64,000 nt of DNA from assembly GCA_951406725.2 (NCBI GenBank), contig OX597832.1:44702001-44766000 (forward strand), written 5' to 3'. Shown here piece after piece: positions 37,868 to 51,169 of this stretch. This DNA comes from Octopus vulgaris. Taxonomy: Eukaryota. The position numbers and the translations under genes are program-made. The notes below the pieces were generated by a model, which did not search any database, was not told where the DNA came from, and worked only from the letters and a program-made list of their open reading frames with translations. Numbering within the stretch: the stretch's first letter is position 1; every line of letters begins with the position of its first letter.

Positions 37868-38468
37868 GGCGAGCTGGCAGAATCGTTAGCACGCCGGGCG
37901 AAATGCGTAGCCGTATTTCGTCTGCTGTTACGTTCTGAGTTCAAATTCCGCCGAGGTCGACTTTGCCTTTCATCCTTTCGGGGTTGATAAATTAAGAACC
38001 AGTTACGCACTGGGGGGGTCGATGCAATCGACTTAATCCGTTTGTCTGTCCTTGTTTGTCCCCTCTGTGTTTCGCCCCTTGTGGGTAGTAAAGAAATAGG
38101 TATTTCGTCTGTCGTTACGTTCTGAGTTCAAATTCTGCCGAGGTCGACTTTGCCTTTCATCCTTTCGGGGTCGATAAATTAAGAACCAGTTGTGCACTGG
38201 GGTCGATGTAATCGACTTAATCCGTTTGTCTGTCCTTGTTTGTCCCCTCTGTGTTTAGCCCCTTGTGGGTAGTAAAGAAATAGGTATTTCGTCTGTCGTT
38301 ACGTTCTGAGTTCAAATTCTGCTGAGGTCGACTTTGCCTTTCATATCCTTTCGGGGTTGATAAATTAAGAACCAGTTATGCACTGGGGTCGATATAATCG
38401 ACTTAATCCCTTTGACTGTCCTTGTTTGTCCCTTCTGTGTTTAGCCCCTTGTGGGCAGTAAAGAAATA
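37868..38468 (+). mobile_element. SINE family B head-to-tail trimer under one TSD
   Basis: One head and three bodies; 16-bp TSD ggtattgtctctgaaa at 37852-37867 and 38469-38484. Confidence 0.9.
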
Positions 38469-39103
38469 GGTATTGTCTCTGAAACCAAATGGTTGCATAG
38501 CAACCTTTTTAGCAAGTCCGGCATACCTGTATTTCTAAACAATATACAAAAGACATTTAAATGGCATTAAGTATTCAGACAGTAAGACCATATTTACATA
38601 TTTATGTTTCATCTAATAACAGGAAGAAAAGATTTTTTTCTTTTAAATGCATAACAGACAGACTCATCAACAATAGAATTCACACCTATGAGATTGCTTA
38701 TATTGCTTGTGACTAGACACACACATTAGTAAGTTGGAAATTCTAGCATCTGCAGCAGAAAGTGATATTTATTAACTGTCTAATGCCGTTTGACAGAAGA
38801 CGTCTAAAAAATATTCTCTTGAGAGGACTTAGAAAAACCATTAAACTTCAAGTTTGTAGTTGATATTCATTCAGTAAACTCAGAGAGATTATAGGTTAAT
38901 GCTCACTGTTGACTATCAAATATTAAATTTAACTCTGAATAATAAAACATAATAAATGTTTGTTATGATTTAAAGCATTTCAATTTTAAATCAATGTTAA
39001 TTTTATTCTTGAAGGCATTTCAATGTGAATCATACTAAATTATTCTGAATAAATTTCAGCAGTTTCAACATTCCTATACACTACATTACCATCAATCAAA
39101 TGG

Positions 39104-39147
<44 letters not shown>

Positions 39148-39151
<4 letters not shown>

Positions 39152-39737
39152 GGCGAGCTGACAGAAAGTTAGCACGCCGGGCAAAATGCGTAGCCGTATT
39201 TCGTCTGCCGTTACATTCTGAGTTCAAATTCCTCTGAGGTCGCCTTTGCCTTTCATCCTTTCTGGGTCGATAAATTAAGTACCAGTTACGCACTGGGGTT
39301 GATATAATCGACTTAATCCGTTTGTCTGTCCTCTCTGTGTGTAGCCCCTTGTGGATAGTAAAGAAATAGGTATTTCGTCTGCCGCAACGTTGTGAGTTCA
39401 AATTCCGCCAAGGCCGACTTTGCCTTTCATCCTTTCAGGGTCAATTAAATAAGTACCAGTTACGCACTGGGGTTGATATAATTGGCTTAATTCGTTTGTC
39501 TGTCCTTGTTTGTCCCCTTGTGTTTAGCCTCTCGTGGATAGAAAAGAAATAGGTATTTCGTCTGCTGTTACGTTTTGAGTTCAAATTCCGCCGAGGTCGA
39601 CTTTGCCTTTCATCCTTTCGGGGTCGATAAATTAAGTACCAGTTACGCACTGGGGTCGATGTAATCGACATAATCCCTTTGTCTGTCCTTGTTTGTCCCC
39701 TCTGTGTTTAGCCCCTTGTGGGCAGTAAAGAAATAGG
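39148..39737 (+). mobile_element. SINE family B head-to-tail trimer
   Basis: Same aaagaaatagg|tatttcgtctg junction twice. Confidence 0.9.
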
Positions 39738-40751
39738 CTGACATACAGACAGACACAGACAGTGTTGCACTCAGCCTAGTGATTCCTTACAGTAAGCTTC
39801 ATGCTCCTTCTGAGTGGACATCGTTTTCATCAGATGTCTATTGGCACTATTTTGAAGAGAGAGAGAGATTGGAAGAGCAAGGTGATAAAAGCAGAAACTA
39901 AAAAAAAAACACTAATTGAGAAAATAATGAGGAGTTAGGTAAGAACTGTACATTGGAGAATAGTATGAATGATTTGTAGTTTTTGTTGCTATTATTATAA
40001 TTATTATTATTTTTTTTTTTTATTATAACTACTTCACAAAAATAACAGAAATGAAATTAACATTTTTCTTGGCATCGTCAGCCTTAACCAGCAGAATAAG
40101 CTCCTGCCAAAATATTCAGAATATTAAAGATACTGAGATTGTATGTAATAGGCTTGATTAACCAAAGTCAGAACTGAAAAGAAATAGATGTCAAAACACT
40201 GAGAGTTTTTGAGGAGGAGCAGATCAATTAATCATGTTAAAAGCTGATTTTTTTTTTTGTTTTCTGTTTTTGTTTTCTGTTTTTGTTTTTTTGTCTTTGA
40301 TTGTTTTTCTTGTCTTTGATTGTTTTTAAACAGAAAGGTATTGCTTCGAAGACCGAGTAAATACTATCAAAAAACCAGGAGAGAAATTTATTTCTATTTA
40401 TGTAATTGATAAGCAGATAGACGAAATGTAGGGGTCTGGGTCTCTTAAGATTTTTTATATGACATGTAGTGTTGTGGGGAAAATGCCAAGTACACCTCTC
40501 TGAGCAAGATCTAAATCTATATTTGGCAACATTTTAAAGTCTTCTATAATTGATGCATGCTATAAATTACATAGGTCATTCGTGACTCACTGGCCGTCTG
40601 GAGGCAACACTACTTGCGAGAAAGACAAACTGTTTCTTTTACTTTCTTGTTACCAGTTTACTATGTAAATCATCAACTGCACGAATTTGTAAAGCTGTCG
40701 TTAATCACCGTTGCTAATACGTTATATTTCACCAAATTTTACCACTATAAA

Positions 40752-41170
40752 AGGCGCAGGAGTGGCTGTGTGGTAAGTAGCTTGCTAACCAACCACATGG
40801 TTCAGGGTTCAGTCCCACTGCGTGGCACCTTGGGCAAGTGTCTTCTGCTATAGCCTCGGGCCGACCAATGCCTTGTGAGTGGATTTGGTAGACGGAAACT
40901 GAAAGAAGCCCGTCGTATATACGTATATATATATGTATGTATGTGTATGTATATGTTTGTGTGTCTGTGTTTGTCCCCCTAGCATTGCTTGACAACCGAT
41001 GCTGGTGTGTTTACGTCCCCATCACTTAGCGGTTCGGCAAAAAGGGACCGATAGAATAAGTACTGAGCTTACAAAAAAAAAGAATAAGTCCCGGGGATCG
41101 ATTTGCTCGACTAAAGGCGGTGCTCCAGCATGGCCGCAGTCAAATGACTGAAACAAGTAAAAGAGTAAAA
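40752..41170 (+). mobile_element. SINE family A, full length
   Basis: Consensus head, microsatellite and tail. Confidence 0.92.
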
Positions 41171-42362
41171 TGCTAAATGCATTCTCTGTAAACAAGTGGA
41201 ATAACATTATAATAAAGCTATAAAACATTGCAGTTATGAAGGTAGTACTGCCAGATAATATATATCGAGAGAGAGAGTGAATATGCTTTACTATATAATG
41301 CAATAATAAATAGCTGAAGATTTAGATACATTGTATAAAGTCCATAAAAAAAAAAGTAGTTTATTGTAATGAGAGGTTGTACGTTCCTAGACTAATCAAT
41401 AATAAGTTGATTATAATTGCTTCTTGAGAGAATATGTACTATGCTGGAGGGATTCAGTCAACTTAGTGAATAACCTACATATATGATGTTCTGCTTATCA
41501 ACAACACACACAGGCAAAAATATTCATGTTCTACTTTCAGACTACTAACATCTGTTTGGAGAATGAAATAGAGATTATATACAAAGATTTCAGCTGAAAC
41601 ACAATTGTTTGAAATGTCAAAAGGCAACCACCAGTAATGCATGTGCATCATGTGCGTGTGTATGCACACATGCGCAGTAAAACACACACACACACACACA
41701 AAAAAGAGAAAGGGAATAAATGAAATATGTATTGATAGAGATTTAGATGGATGGAACGAAATTTTTTTTTTTCTTCTTCTGATGCAACTATTGATAACAT
41801 CACAAAAAAAAAAAAAAAAAAAAAAAAAGAAGGTAGATAGATAAAAACCAAATTCTTAAGTTAAATTAATGTCAACTATTTATTTCTAAAGCAGGCAGGT
41901 CAATTATTTCTATTACAAATGTGAGCTTAATTAGTCTGATTCAGAAAGAAATGTAAAGAAGGGAAGGCTTCTATTTAAATCTTCTGACAATTTAAAATAG
42001 CACAGAACTCCTGTTGCAGTTTTTTTTACGGTAAAACAGAAAATGACTTCACTGACATTACAGTAGTTACCATTTACAATGTTTTCCAACCTCCCTGAAA
42101 TAGCAATCCAGTAGTCTTGTTACCCAGTGTGTTAGCAATCGGTAGGTATGACGAAACACAATCTCATAGCTGCTCAAACTTGGTACAAAAACCGGGAAAT
42201 TTAATGACCAGTCAAAAAGTACTTTATCTTCGGTTACTGCATTAAATACTGGATGCAGCAGATGACCCCACAACAGGTGAAATATGATCCCTTTGTTTGT
42301 TATTGAAGACCAGCGGCTAATGACTTACTAAAAGGCTCTAAAAGTATTGTTTGCTGCAATAC

Positions 42363-42575
42363 TACTTTACTCTTTACTCTTTTACTTGTTTCAGTCCTTT
42401 GACTGGCCATGCTAGAGCACCACCTTTAGTCAAGCAAATCGACCCCAGGACTTATTCTTTGTAAGCCCAGTACTTATTCTATCGTTCTCTTTTGCCGAAC
42501 CGCTAAGTAACGGGGACGTAAACACACCAGTATCGGTTGTCAAGCAATGCTAGGGGGACAAACACAGACAAACAA

Positions 42576-42613
<38 letters not shown>

Positions 42614-42787
42614 GTGCATATATACGACAGGCTTCTTTCAGTTTCCATCTACCAAATCCTATCACAAGGCTTTGGTCAGCCCTAGGATATAGCAGAAGAC
42701 ACTTTCCCAAGATGCCACGCAGTGGGACTGAACCCAGAACCATGTGGTTGGTTAGCAAGCTACTTACCACGCAGCCACTCCTGCGCA
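42363..42787 (-). mobile_element. SINE family A, full length
   Basis: Reverse complement of the consensus. Confidence 0.92.
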
Positions 42788-43302
42788 AACAAAAAAAATT
42801 GTTCGACTTCAGACAGAAAACTGCATAACTGCGTATTTCAGATGGACATTGTGTTTATCTTTCAGTTATTTGATAACTCAATATTTCAATCTCACAACTT
42901 CCTACTAAATGAAACACTATGACAACAAAGAAACATTAAACATGTTTCAACATGCTTTGGCCTTGCCTTGTTATTTCAACTCCTGATAGAGTTGTAGGTG
43001 ACACTGTTATGACTTACAGCTCATCTTGGTCAAACTTAAGATCTAGTGAAGCCCATCCCTCTCCAAATCTGATCACAGCTGATTTGCATGTGACTGGTGG
43101 GGGCCACATGTCAACTTGTATTGCCACTTAAATTCCCACTCGTTGGTTGGAGCCAGTTCAACATATTCCAGGTGAATGCTGCCGCAGGTACAAGTATAAG
43201 TAAGTGCAACTAATTTGTGAAGAGACAAAAGAGACAGACAGACAGCAAGAAAGAAAGAGAAGAACAGACCCTAACAGAGAAGTGGTACTTTATTGACTCT
43301 GA

Positions 43303-43536
43303 GGTGGCGAGCTGGCAGAATCGTTAGCACACCGGGTGAAATCCGTAGCCGTATTTCATCTGTCGTTATGTTCCAAGTTCAAATTCTGCCGAGGTCGACT
43401 TTGCCTTTCATCCTTTTGGGGTCGATAAATAAAGTACCAGTTACGCACTGGGATCAATGTAATCGACTTAATCCATTTGTCTGTCCTTGTTTGTCCTCTC
43501 TGTGTTTAGCCCCTTGTGGGTAGTAAAGAAATAGGT
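43303..43536 (+). mobile_element. SINE family B monomer
   Basis: Full head to aaagaaatagg; flanking direct repeat tttattgactctga. Confidence 0.9.
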
Positions 43537-43735
43537 GTTTTATTGACTCTGAAGGGCAAAGTTAACTTCAGCAATATTTGAACTCAGAGTATAGAGAGCC
43601 AAACTGAACACTGAACCATTTTTTACCTATAGACCTCTTTGATTTCTATGTTATTTGAGTGGACCCTCCTAGCCATTAAAAAAAATCTACTATAGTTTTA
43701 TAATTAAATATTATTAGGAATAGTATAAGAAAAAT

Positions 43736-44144
43736 TGTTACAATATACGCGCCTTCATTGGTCAGTTAAAGTTGAGACAGTGTCACGTGACAACTTGCTG
43801 GGGCTGCCTGCTGGAGCCTATCAGCAAGTATTTAAAGGGGAAAAATTTGACAAAACAGTCAGTTGCCTGCTGACACTCGTTGACGCTACATCGAAGAGGC
43901 CAGGGAACAGAAGAAAGAAGACATGCACCCAACACCAGAGCTGAAGATACCTCCGAAATGAGGGGGCCCCGCCATGTCAAAACGGTAGAGAAGTAGGGGC
44001 CAAAACCGGACGTGGTTCCTCCTGATGATGTCTTGAGCTAACTGAATCCTAAAAAAGGGGCTGTTGTGGTGGCAGACCACGAAACACGGTTGAAATTCCC
44101 GTACTGTAGAAGTATAACCAGTTTATTGGAGATAGATTTTAACA
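43736..44144 (+). mobile_element. Solo-LTR-like or Penelope pLTR-like GC-rich segment with hammerhead-like cores
   Basis: TGTTA...TAACA ends, attgg, gtcacgtgac, tatttaaa; CTGAAGA at 43941 and CTGATGA..CGAAAC at 44022-44085; no TSD seen. Confidence 0.35.
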
Positions 44145-44563
44145 GCAAAGCCTTATGTGGACCTCAGTTGAGAACCACTGTTGTGAGGTAATCTATCTGA
44201 TGCATTAGCATCCATGCCAACGTACTTATGTTTGGAATAAAAGCAAACTGAATTTGATTGTTTGTTTACATCTGAATCTAAAACCTCTAACAATTCTGGT
44301 ATTTGTTGTCTGTAATAGAGGATTTGAGTAACATTGTATTTCTGGCACGACCAATACTACTTAACCAATCACTGCTGTATTTAGAAGAAAAGGTCACGAA
44401 ATTAGTCATCAATAATAATAAATAATAAAATGCAGTTTCAACTTGCAAAGCTATTATTAAGTACACCTGTAAGCAGACTTAATTTCCTCATAATTGAAGC
44501 TTTGTAGCAACACACACACATATGTAACGACACTGATGGTAATTAGAGATTTAACAACCTTTC

Positions 44564-44625
<62 letters not shown>

Positions 44626-45107
44626 TATGCACACACTGATACTAGCTTACCTATTTATACTATTCACTATAAGCAGATAACTGCAGCATGGCTGCACTGA
44701 ACTGGATACATATTTTCTGTTGGTGTCAATATTTGATATTTTAATAAAAAAAAAAGTAAGTTTTTACTTAGAGTACAACATACAGATGGCATTTTATAGT
44801 CAAGAGAATATCTTTATTGACTGCACAAAAGAAGAAAAAAAAAAGCCTTCAACAAAGATCCTTAGTTTGTAGATGTTTTTTTTTTTATATATATTTCTAT
44901 TAAGCCCAAGGTTGGTCTTAAGTGAAGAAACCTATGATCAAAATCAAATTTACTTATAACTACATCATGCAGAGTGCAACTTAGTAGCTTTTCCTTCCTT
45001 ATAGGTCAAGCAACCACACAGAGGCTTGGTAATTTATTTTAATTTTATTTTATTTCATCTAGTTTCAGTTCACGAGCTGTGGCCATGCTGGGGCACTGCC
45101 ATTTATG

Positions 45108-45280
45108 AGAGAAAGTTGTGACGAAAGAGTCAGTAGAAGTTCGCCATTACTTTCTGCTGGAGCCGCGTGGAGCTTAGGTGTTTCGCTCATAAACACACAC
45201 ATCGCCCGGTCTGAGATTCGAACTCGTGATCCCTTGACCGTGAGCCTGCTGCTCTAACCACTAGGCCATATACCTCCACA
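45108..45280 (-). mobile_element. SINE family D, 5' half
   Basis: Reverse complement of the head of 45704-46000. Confidence 0.8.
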
Positions 45281-45703
45281 TTTAGTTAATAATATGGGTA
45301 CAAATAATGTTTCTGCAGAGTCCCAGGTCATAAGCATTCCAGCTGTGACCATCCCTTCATTTTCTCAAGCATAATAATAATGTAACCAGGATTTTAGCCT
45401 TTTTTTAAGACAGCAGCATGGAAACTGGAATAAGATCTAGCTTAATAAACATACAGATTCATCATAGTGCTAAGGCCTAAGAGTTTCCATGTGATACACA
45501 TTTTATTCAGAATACAGAAAATAGGAAATTTAAAAGGATTTTGAGCATTTTTGTTTGTTTTTGGCATTTATGTTGAGAATAAACTGAGTAAAGCCATCTT
45601 AAATAAAAGAGAGTATGTCAGACAATGTAAGAAAAAAAAGAAGTCTAAGGAAACAAAATCAAAAAGATCAAAGCTGGAATAATTGATTCCAAGCCAGCTT
45701 CAT

Positions 45704-46000
45704 TGTGGAGGCACATGGCCTAGTGGTTAGAGCAGCGGACTCGTGGTCGAGGGATCACGGGTTTGAATTTCTGACCGGACGATGTGTGTGTTTATGAGCG
45801 AAACACCTAAGCTCCACGTGGCTCCGGCAGAAGGTAATGGCGAAACTTCTGCTGACTCTTTTGCCACAACTTTCTCTCACTCTTTCCTCCTGCATCTTGC
45901 AGCTCACTTGCGATGGACTGGCGTCCCGTCCAGGTGGGGAACCTATACGCCAAGAAACTGGCCCTTATGAGCCAGGCGTGGCTCGAGAAGGAACAAACAA
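45704..46000 (+). mobile_element. SINE family D, full length, tail type 3
   Basis: tRNA-like head; tail gcgatggactggcgtcccgtccagg...aacaaacaa; 14-bp TSD caagccagcttcat at 45690-45703 and 46001-46014. Confidence 0.9.
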
Positions 46001-46688
46001 CAAGCCAGCTTCATCAGGGTTTGCTGGAATTAAACCACAGCAAGAGACTAAAACTTTGGATTTGTCCGATATAAAAACAGAATAATAACAAAATGAATTC
46101 CGACAAATGATAGATATGATTCTATAAATTGATGAAAATCACATGAATCCCATGATATTTGATGAGACAGTTACTTGAGGGTTGACTCAAATGAAAGAAA
46201 TCATGTAGAAAAAAAAATTTCTCAAATTGTAACTGGAGACATTTAGGGGTTTGAAAAGTTAGAAAGCATTTCCTTTTAGGATATCATCCTGTAGAACACA
46301 GATTTTCTTGTAAGGGAGGGTTTAGTCTGGTGGATATTATTAACGAGATTGAGATAGGGGAGTGAGGAGACAGACAGAAAGCAGAAGGTAGAGAGAGAGA
46401 GAAAGAGAGAGAGGGAAGATCAAAGAGACACAAAGAGAATTCTTTATTTCCTAACGACTTTTCTACTTTTCTTTTCTAAAGCATGATTATTCTGTATTGT
46501 TCCTATTCCTACAACGGCTTTTGTTAGAAACGCTGAAACCAAGACAGAATCATCAAATTGTTTACTGCTTTACTCAATTAGAGCCGAGTAAATTGTTGTT
46601 GTCCTTGAACAAAAATACACATGTACAAAAGAAATCAATACGCCCTCGGCTAACAGCGGTTAAATTAATTTTCTCTTTGGACACTCAC

Positions 46689-46749
46689 CTTTCAACACGG
46701 AATATCTTTTGGTCATACTAATGGAAACCGACAATTCTTAGATAAGTTA
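46689..46749 (-). other. Candidate 61-nt exon of a minus-strand host gene, possibly ATG-containing
   Basis: tttctcttcggtgatatttcag| ... ATGACCAAAAGATATTCCGTGTTGAAAG|gtgagt within repeat-free sequence. Confidence 0.25.
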
Positions 46750-48276
46750 CTGAAATATCACCGAAGAGAAACATGCCCACCCTTGTAATTTTTCCTATTC
46801 GACTATGAACAAAATTTCATGAGAACATTAAAATCAATGAATAAATGTCAATTTATATATATATATATATAACGACGACAATATGTAATAATGCATCTGG
46901 CATATAACACAATGCTTCGTTTATAATAAAGATTAACAAGCAGTCTGCAAAAACTGACATTAATATAAATCATCATGAAATACAAATTATATTTTATGAA
47001 TTTTTTCTAAATATAACCCAACTTATTAAAATCAGAAGTTGTGGTAACATCCAAGTGGGATAAAATGCCAGTCCTTAGGATAAATGAAAACATAGTGTTA
47101 TGGGGTTTGTCTTTTCAGTGGTATTAAACACAGACATAGCTGTGATTTCCACCCCACCCCCCTACTTAGTCAAGATAGAAGGCAGCGCTTAACTGTTCAT
47201 GACCCTTTTTAGGCCTCTGATACAGAGAGTAAAATGTCCTCCCTTTCCTCCCTTAGCTGCCCCATTCAAAAATCCTCCTTTCCCAGGTATTTGGCAGTGG
47301 AGAACATATGAATGGGGCAAAAACAGTTTGGTTATGGAGAGGTAAATTGAAATTGACAAGTACTTTATGTTATTACATTTATATTAGAATAAAAGAAGAA
47401 AAAACTATAAAACTGAACTTATCCTAACAATGTTCTCTTGTGTATTTAAAATACATTTCATAAAGTTGCTGTCTTAATTTTAAAAGATTACCTTCAATAA
47501 ATTGGAACATCCCCCACCCATCAAAAAAAAAAAAATGGTAAATCATCCAAGAAGATTAATAACTATTTGAAATTGTAAGTATAAAAGTACAGAAGACAAG
47601 GTACTACAACATAAACAATGAGAGAATGAAGAGGAAAAGATGAAAGGAAAGAGAGAGAGGGGGAGAAGGGAGGGGAGAGGGAAAGGGAAAGGAGGAGGAA
47701 GAGGAGGGAAGGATGCCTTTATAAGAGTCTATTCTGTTGCAATCATTCAGACCAAGTCACCAGTATGAGGGTACCTTCCCTCCGTCTCCCCAGTCTTGGA
47801 GGCTTTGTAAATGGTTACGGGTGATGCCTTTCCTCCTGACTAGAAAATAACAATAAAGTAATAAAAAATAAAAAAAAAAGAACATTATGTTTTCTAAATA
47901 CACTGTTTTGATTTTAATGCAAGACTGAAGCTTTATTTAGATTTATAGCAGGGATGGCAGAAATACAAAAAAAAAATGTATGCGAAATTCAGGCATTTAT
48001 AATGTTATTAGTTATGGAAGTGAAGCAGCTCTAATTGGGTACTGAAATTGGTTTGTTGCAGTTCACTGAGAGTCTATTGCCACATCATACTTCATTAAAA
48101 ACCATGTATATAGAGAGCATCTATGCAGCAGCTCAACATGTTAGCAGTAGAAGTCACAAATCTCCTCTAAACCACATGCTACTATCTTCCAAAAAAAAAG
48201 ATAAAATGTGCGTATTAAAAAAACAAAAAGGTGGGGGTTAATCACTGCTGGAAGGTTTTTTTGGTCTTATATAACC

Positions 48277-48569
48277 ATCCGAACGTGGCCGTTGCCCGTG
48301 CCGGTGGCACGTAAAAAGCACCACCTGATCGTGACCGTTGCCAGCCTCGCCTGGCCCCCGTGCCAGTAGCACGTAAAAAGCACCATCCGATCGTGGCCGT
48401 TTGCCAGCCCTGTCTGGCACGTAAAAAGCACCCACTACACTCACAGAGTAGTTGGTGTTAGGAAGGGCATCCAGCCGTAGAAACATTGCCAGATCAGACT
48501 GGGCCTGGTGCAGCCTTCTGGCCTCCCAGACCCCAGTTGAACCGTCCAACCCATGCTAGCATGGAAAGC

Positions 48570-48600
<31 letters not shown>
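48277..48600 (+). mobile_element. SINE-like family C
   Basis: Three internal units, conserved tail, long (GAT)n. Confidence 0.9.
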
Positions 48601-48603
<3 letters not shown>

Positions 48604-49417
48604 GACTATTTGATTTATAAGACCTGATCTGGACGTCAACAGTTGGTAAATGAACCTCTGTCAGTTTTTAAATGATGAGGATTCAGTTGTTTGACCAACA
48701 GAATTAATTGCTCATTGAATATGCTGTGGCTGAGCGTTCTACAGGTATGTGTGTGGCATTAATGCATTAATTCTCAGGTAGAATCAACAATACAATGTGA
48801 CAAGGCTGTATCTTTGAACTGCAGGAAGAATCCATCTGATAGGCTTCTACATTGATTCTGTCAAAGCCAATCTTACAAAGCTAGGGTTGACCCCAAGGCA
48901 TCAGACCCGGGACCTTATAGTGGAATTTCTTAACCCTCCAGCCATATACTGCACCCTTCATACCTCAACAATCATAAATATGTAAAAATACACATACACT
49001 GGCATAGATGTAGTTATAGGTGTAGGTGGAGCTGAGAAACTTTTTACCAAACTATGTGGTTTGGGGTTCAATCTCACTGCGTGGCACTTTGGGCAAGTAA
49101 CTTCTACTATAGCCACAGGTCGACCAAAGCTTTGCGAATGGATTTAGCAGAAGGAAATGAAAGCCCACGGAGGGGTATGTGTGTGTATGTGTGTGTCTTG
49201 ATGTCATGTGATAATTGTAGAAGGGTCTATATGAATGTAACCAATTATTGAACAAGGGAGAAAACAATCCACCCCTGGATAGAATGGGTGACATTAATAA
49301 AAAGATTTATTAACCTATTCCTCAAATCTAAGCGAATGGGATTAAAGCATATAGAATTAAGTGTTGTCCCATAACTATCCTAAATATGCAATGATGTATA
49401 TGTGTATGTACACAGAT

Positions 49418-49775
49418 AATCGAAATCGATCAATGGAAATTGCAGCTGAGTTACCAGTGCCGGTGGCACGTAAGAGAACCATCCATTCGTGGCCGTTGTC
49501 AGTGCCGCCCAGACTGGCCTTGTGCCGGTGGCACGTAAAAAGCACCATCTGTTCGTGGCCGTTGCCAGCCTTGCCTGGCCCCGTGTAGGTGGCACATAAA
49601 AAGCACCCACAACACTCACGGAATGGTTGGCGTTAGGAAGGGCATCCAGCCGTAGAAACACTGCCAGATCAGACTGGGCCTGATGCAGCCTTCTGGCTTC
49701 ACAGACCCCAGTTGAACCGTCCAACCCATGCCAGCATGGAAAACGGACGCTAAATGATGATGATGATGATGATGA
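49418..49775 (+). mobile_element. SINE-like family C
   Basis: aatcgaaatcgatcaatggaaattgcagctg head, three units, (GAT)n. Confidence 0.9.
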
Positions 49776-49976
49776 ATCTACAAACATGGTGCCTTTGCCT
49801 CAACATTTAGTAACAAAATGTTACCGAAATGTTTTCCTTCCCATCTGTTACTGTTTTATTAGCAAACTCTTCACGAAACTGCCTTATCCAGTGTTTTAAG
49901 AGCATCCAAGTGACAAAGCCTTTTAAAATAAATTTCAGAATCAAAACAAGCCAAAATACATCAACGTTCACCTAAA

Positions 49977-50203
49977 TTAACCCTTACGATACCAACCCAC
50001 AAAAAATCTTAGTTCTATGATACAAACCTCTTTTTTTTTTTTTTTTAAAGGGATCTAATTAAAATCTGCCATCAAAATTTTATGTTATTTTAAACACCAG
50101 CCTAAGAATAACAAAGTTATTTTACTAAATTCTTCATTATTTTAAAAATTAATTGAAACAAAGGCAGTGTTTTTCAACAGAAATACGGTAATAAAAGGGT
50201 TAA
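49977..50203 (+). mobile_element. piggyBac-type MITE family P2, diverged
   Basis: TTAA|CCCTT...AAGGG|TTAA. Confidence 0.75.
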
Positions 50204-51169
50204 GGAAAGAAAACTAAAACATCATGCTTTCCCCCCTTTTTTTTTCCTTTTTTCAGAGCAATTAATTGGGAAAAATAACTGCAAAAAAGAATCACCACAT
50301 GCACACAACAAAACCCAACTAAATAAAATCAACTGAGAGAAAATAACTATCATTGTTGCGTTCTAGTCAAGTCAACTAGAGTTAATTGATATTGTTAAAT
50401 GATGGTTGGATATAGCAGCAAGTCCTTTAGAATGTCGCAGTTTCTAAAAGCTACCATTATAACTTCTGTGATGTTTCTTTACACCATTCCTGATTCAGTA
50501 GTCATATTCGTTCACACAAAAGTTACATACACACACAGACACAAGAAAAAAATCCCCACCACTATCACGGCAAGCTTTTTCATTCGATTCACATTTATAA
50601 CAGTCAACAAATAATAGCTTAAAGTCATTCCTCTTATTTGATTATTGAAAGGAAACAAGATTTTATTTTTAAGTCACAATTCAAAAGAAGCAGTGGACTT
50701 TAAGAGTGGAAAGAAGTGGTGTGGCTGTTTTGTTACGCTTTCATAAAGTCTTTAAATATAATCTCTCAGAAATATATTAGATATTTCTCCATCCCTCTAC
50801 GGTTCCTAAAATAGAAGGGAAGTAATTGCATTATTTCAATGTGGCTTTGCAATCAATTATAACGGTTTACATTCTTGTTAACCCTCTGCTGTTCATATTT
50901 CTACAAATTTGCTTCAATTAACCTTCAAAATAATGGAGGTTTCATAGCAGTTTAGTAAAAGATCACCACTTTTTCATAGAAATGAATAGATGCTTTTGAA
51001 CGCCAATTAATAAAGGTTTCTGCATGAAATTTATAAAGGCATTTTGTTTTGACGCTAATTAAAAGTGATCACAAATAAATGAAGATGAAAAGAGCAAAAG
51101 AAAACTGAAGATTAAAAATAATTCACAAAATAAAATAAAATATTTATTTTTAATTTTTTTTAGATACAA

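Noticed and set aside
42067-42273. Possible exon or hAT C-terminal relic (FSNLPEIAIQ on the plus strand)
   Set aside because: Stops in frame, no clear splice sites, and similarity too weak.
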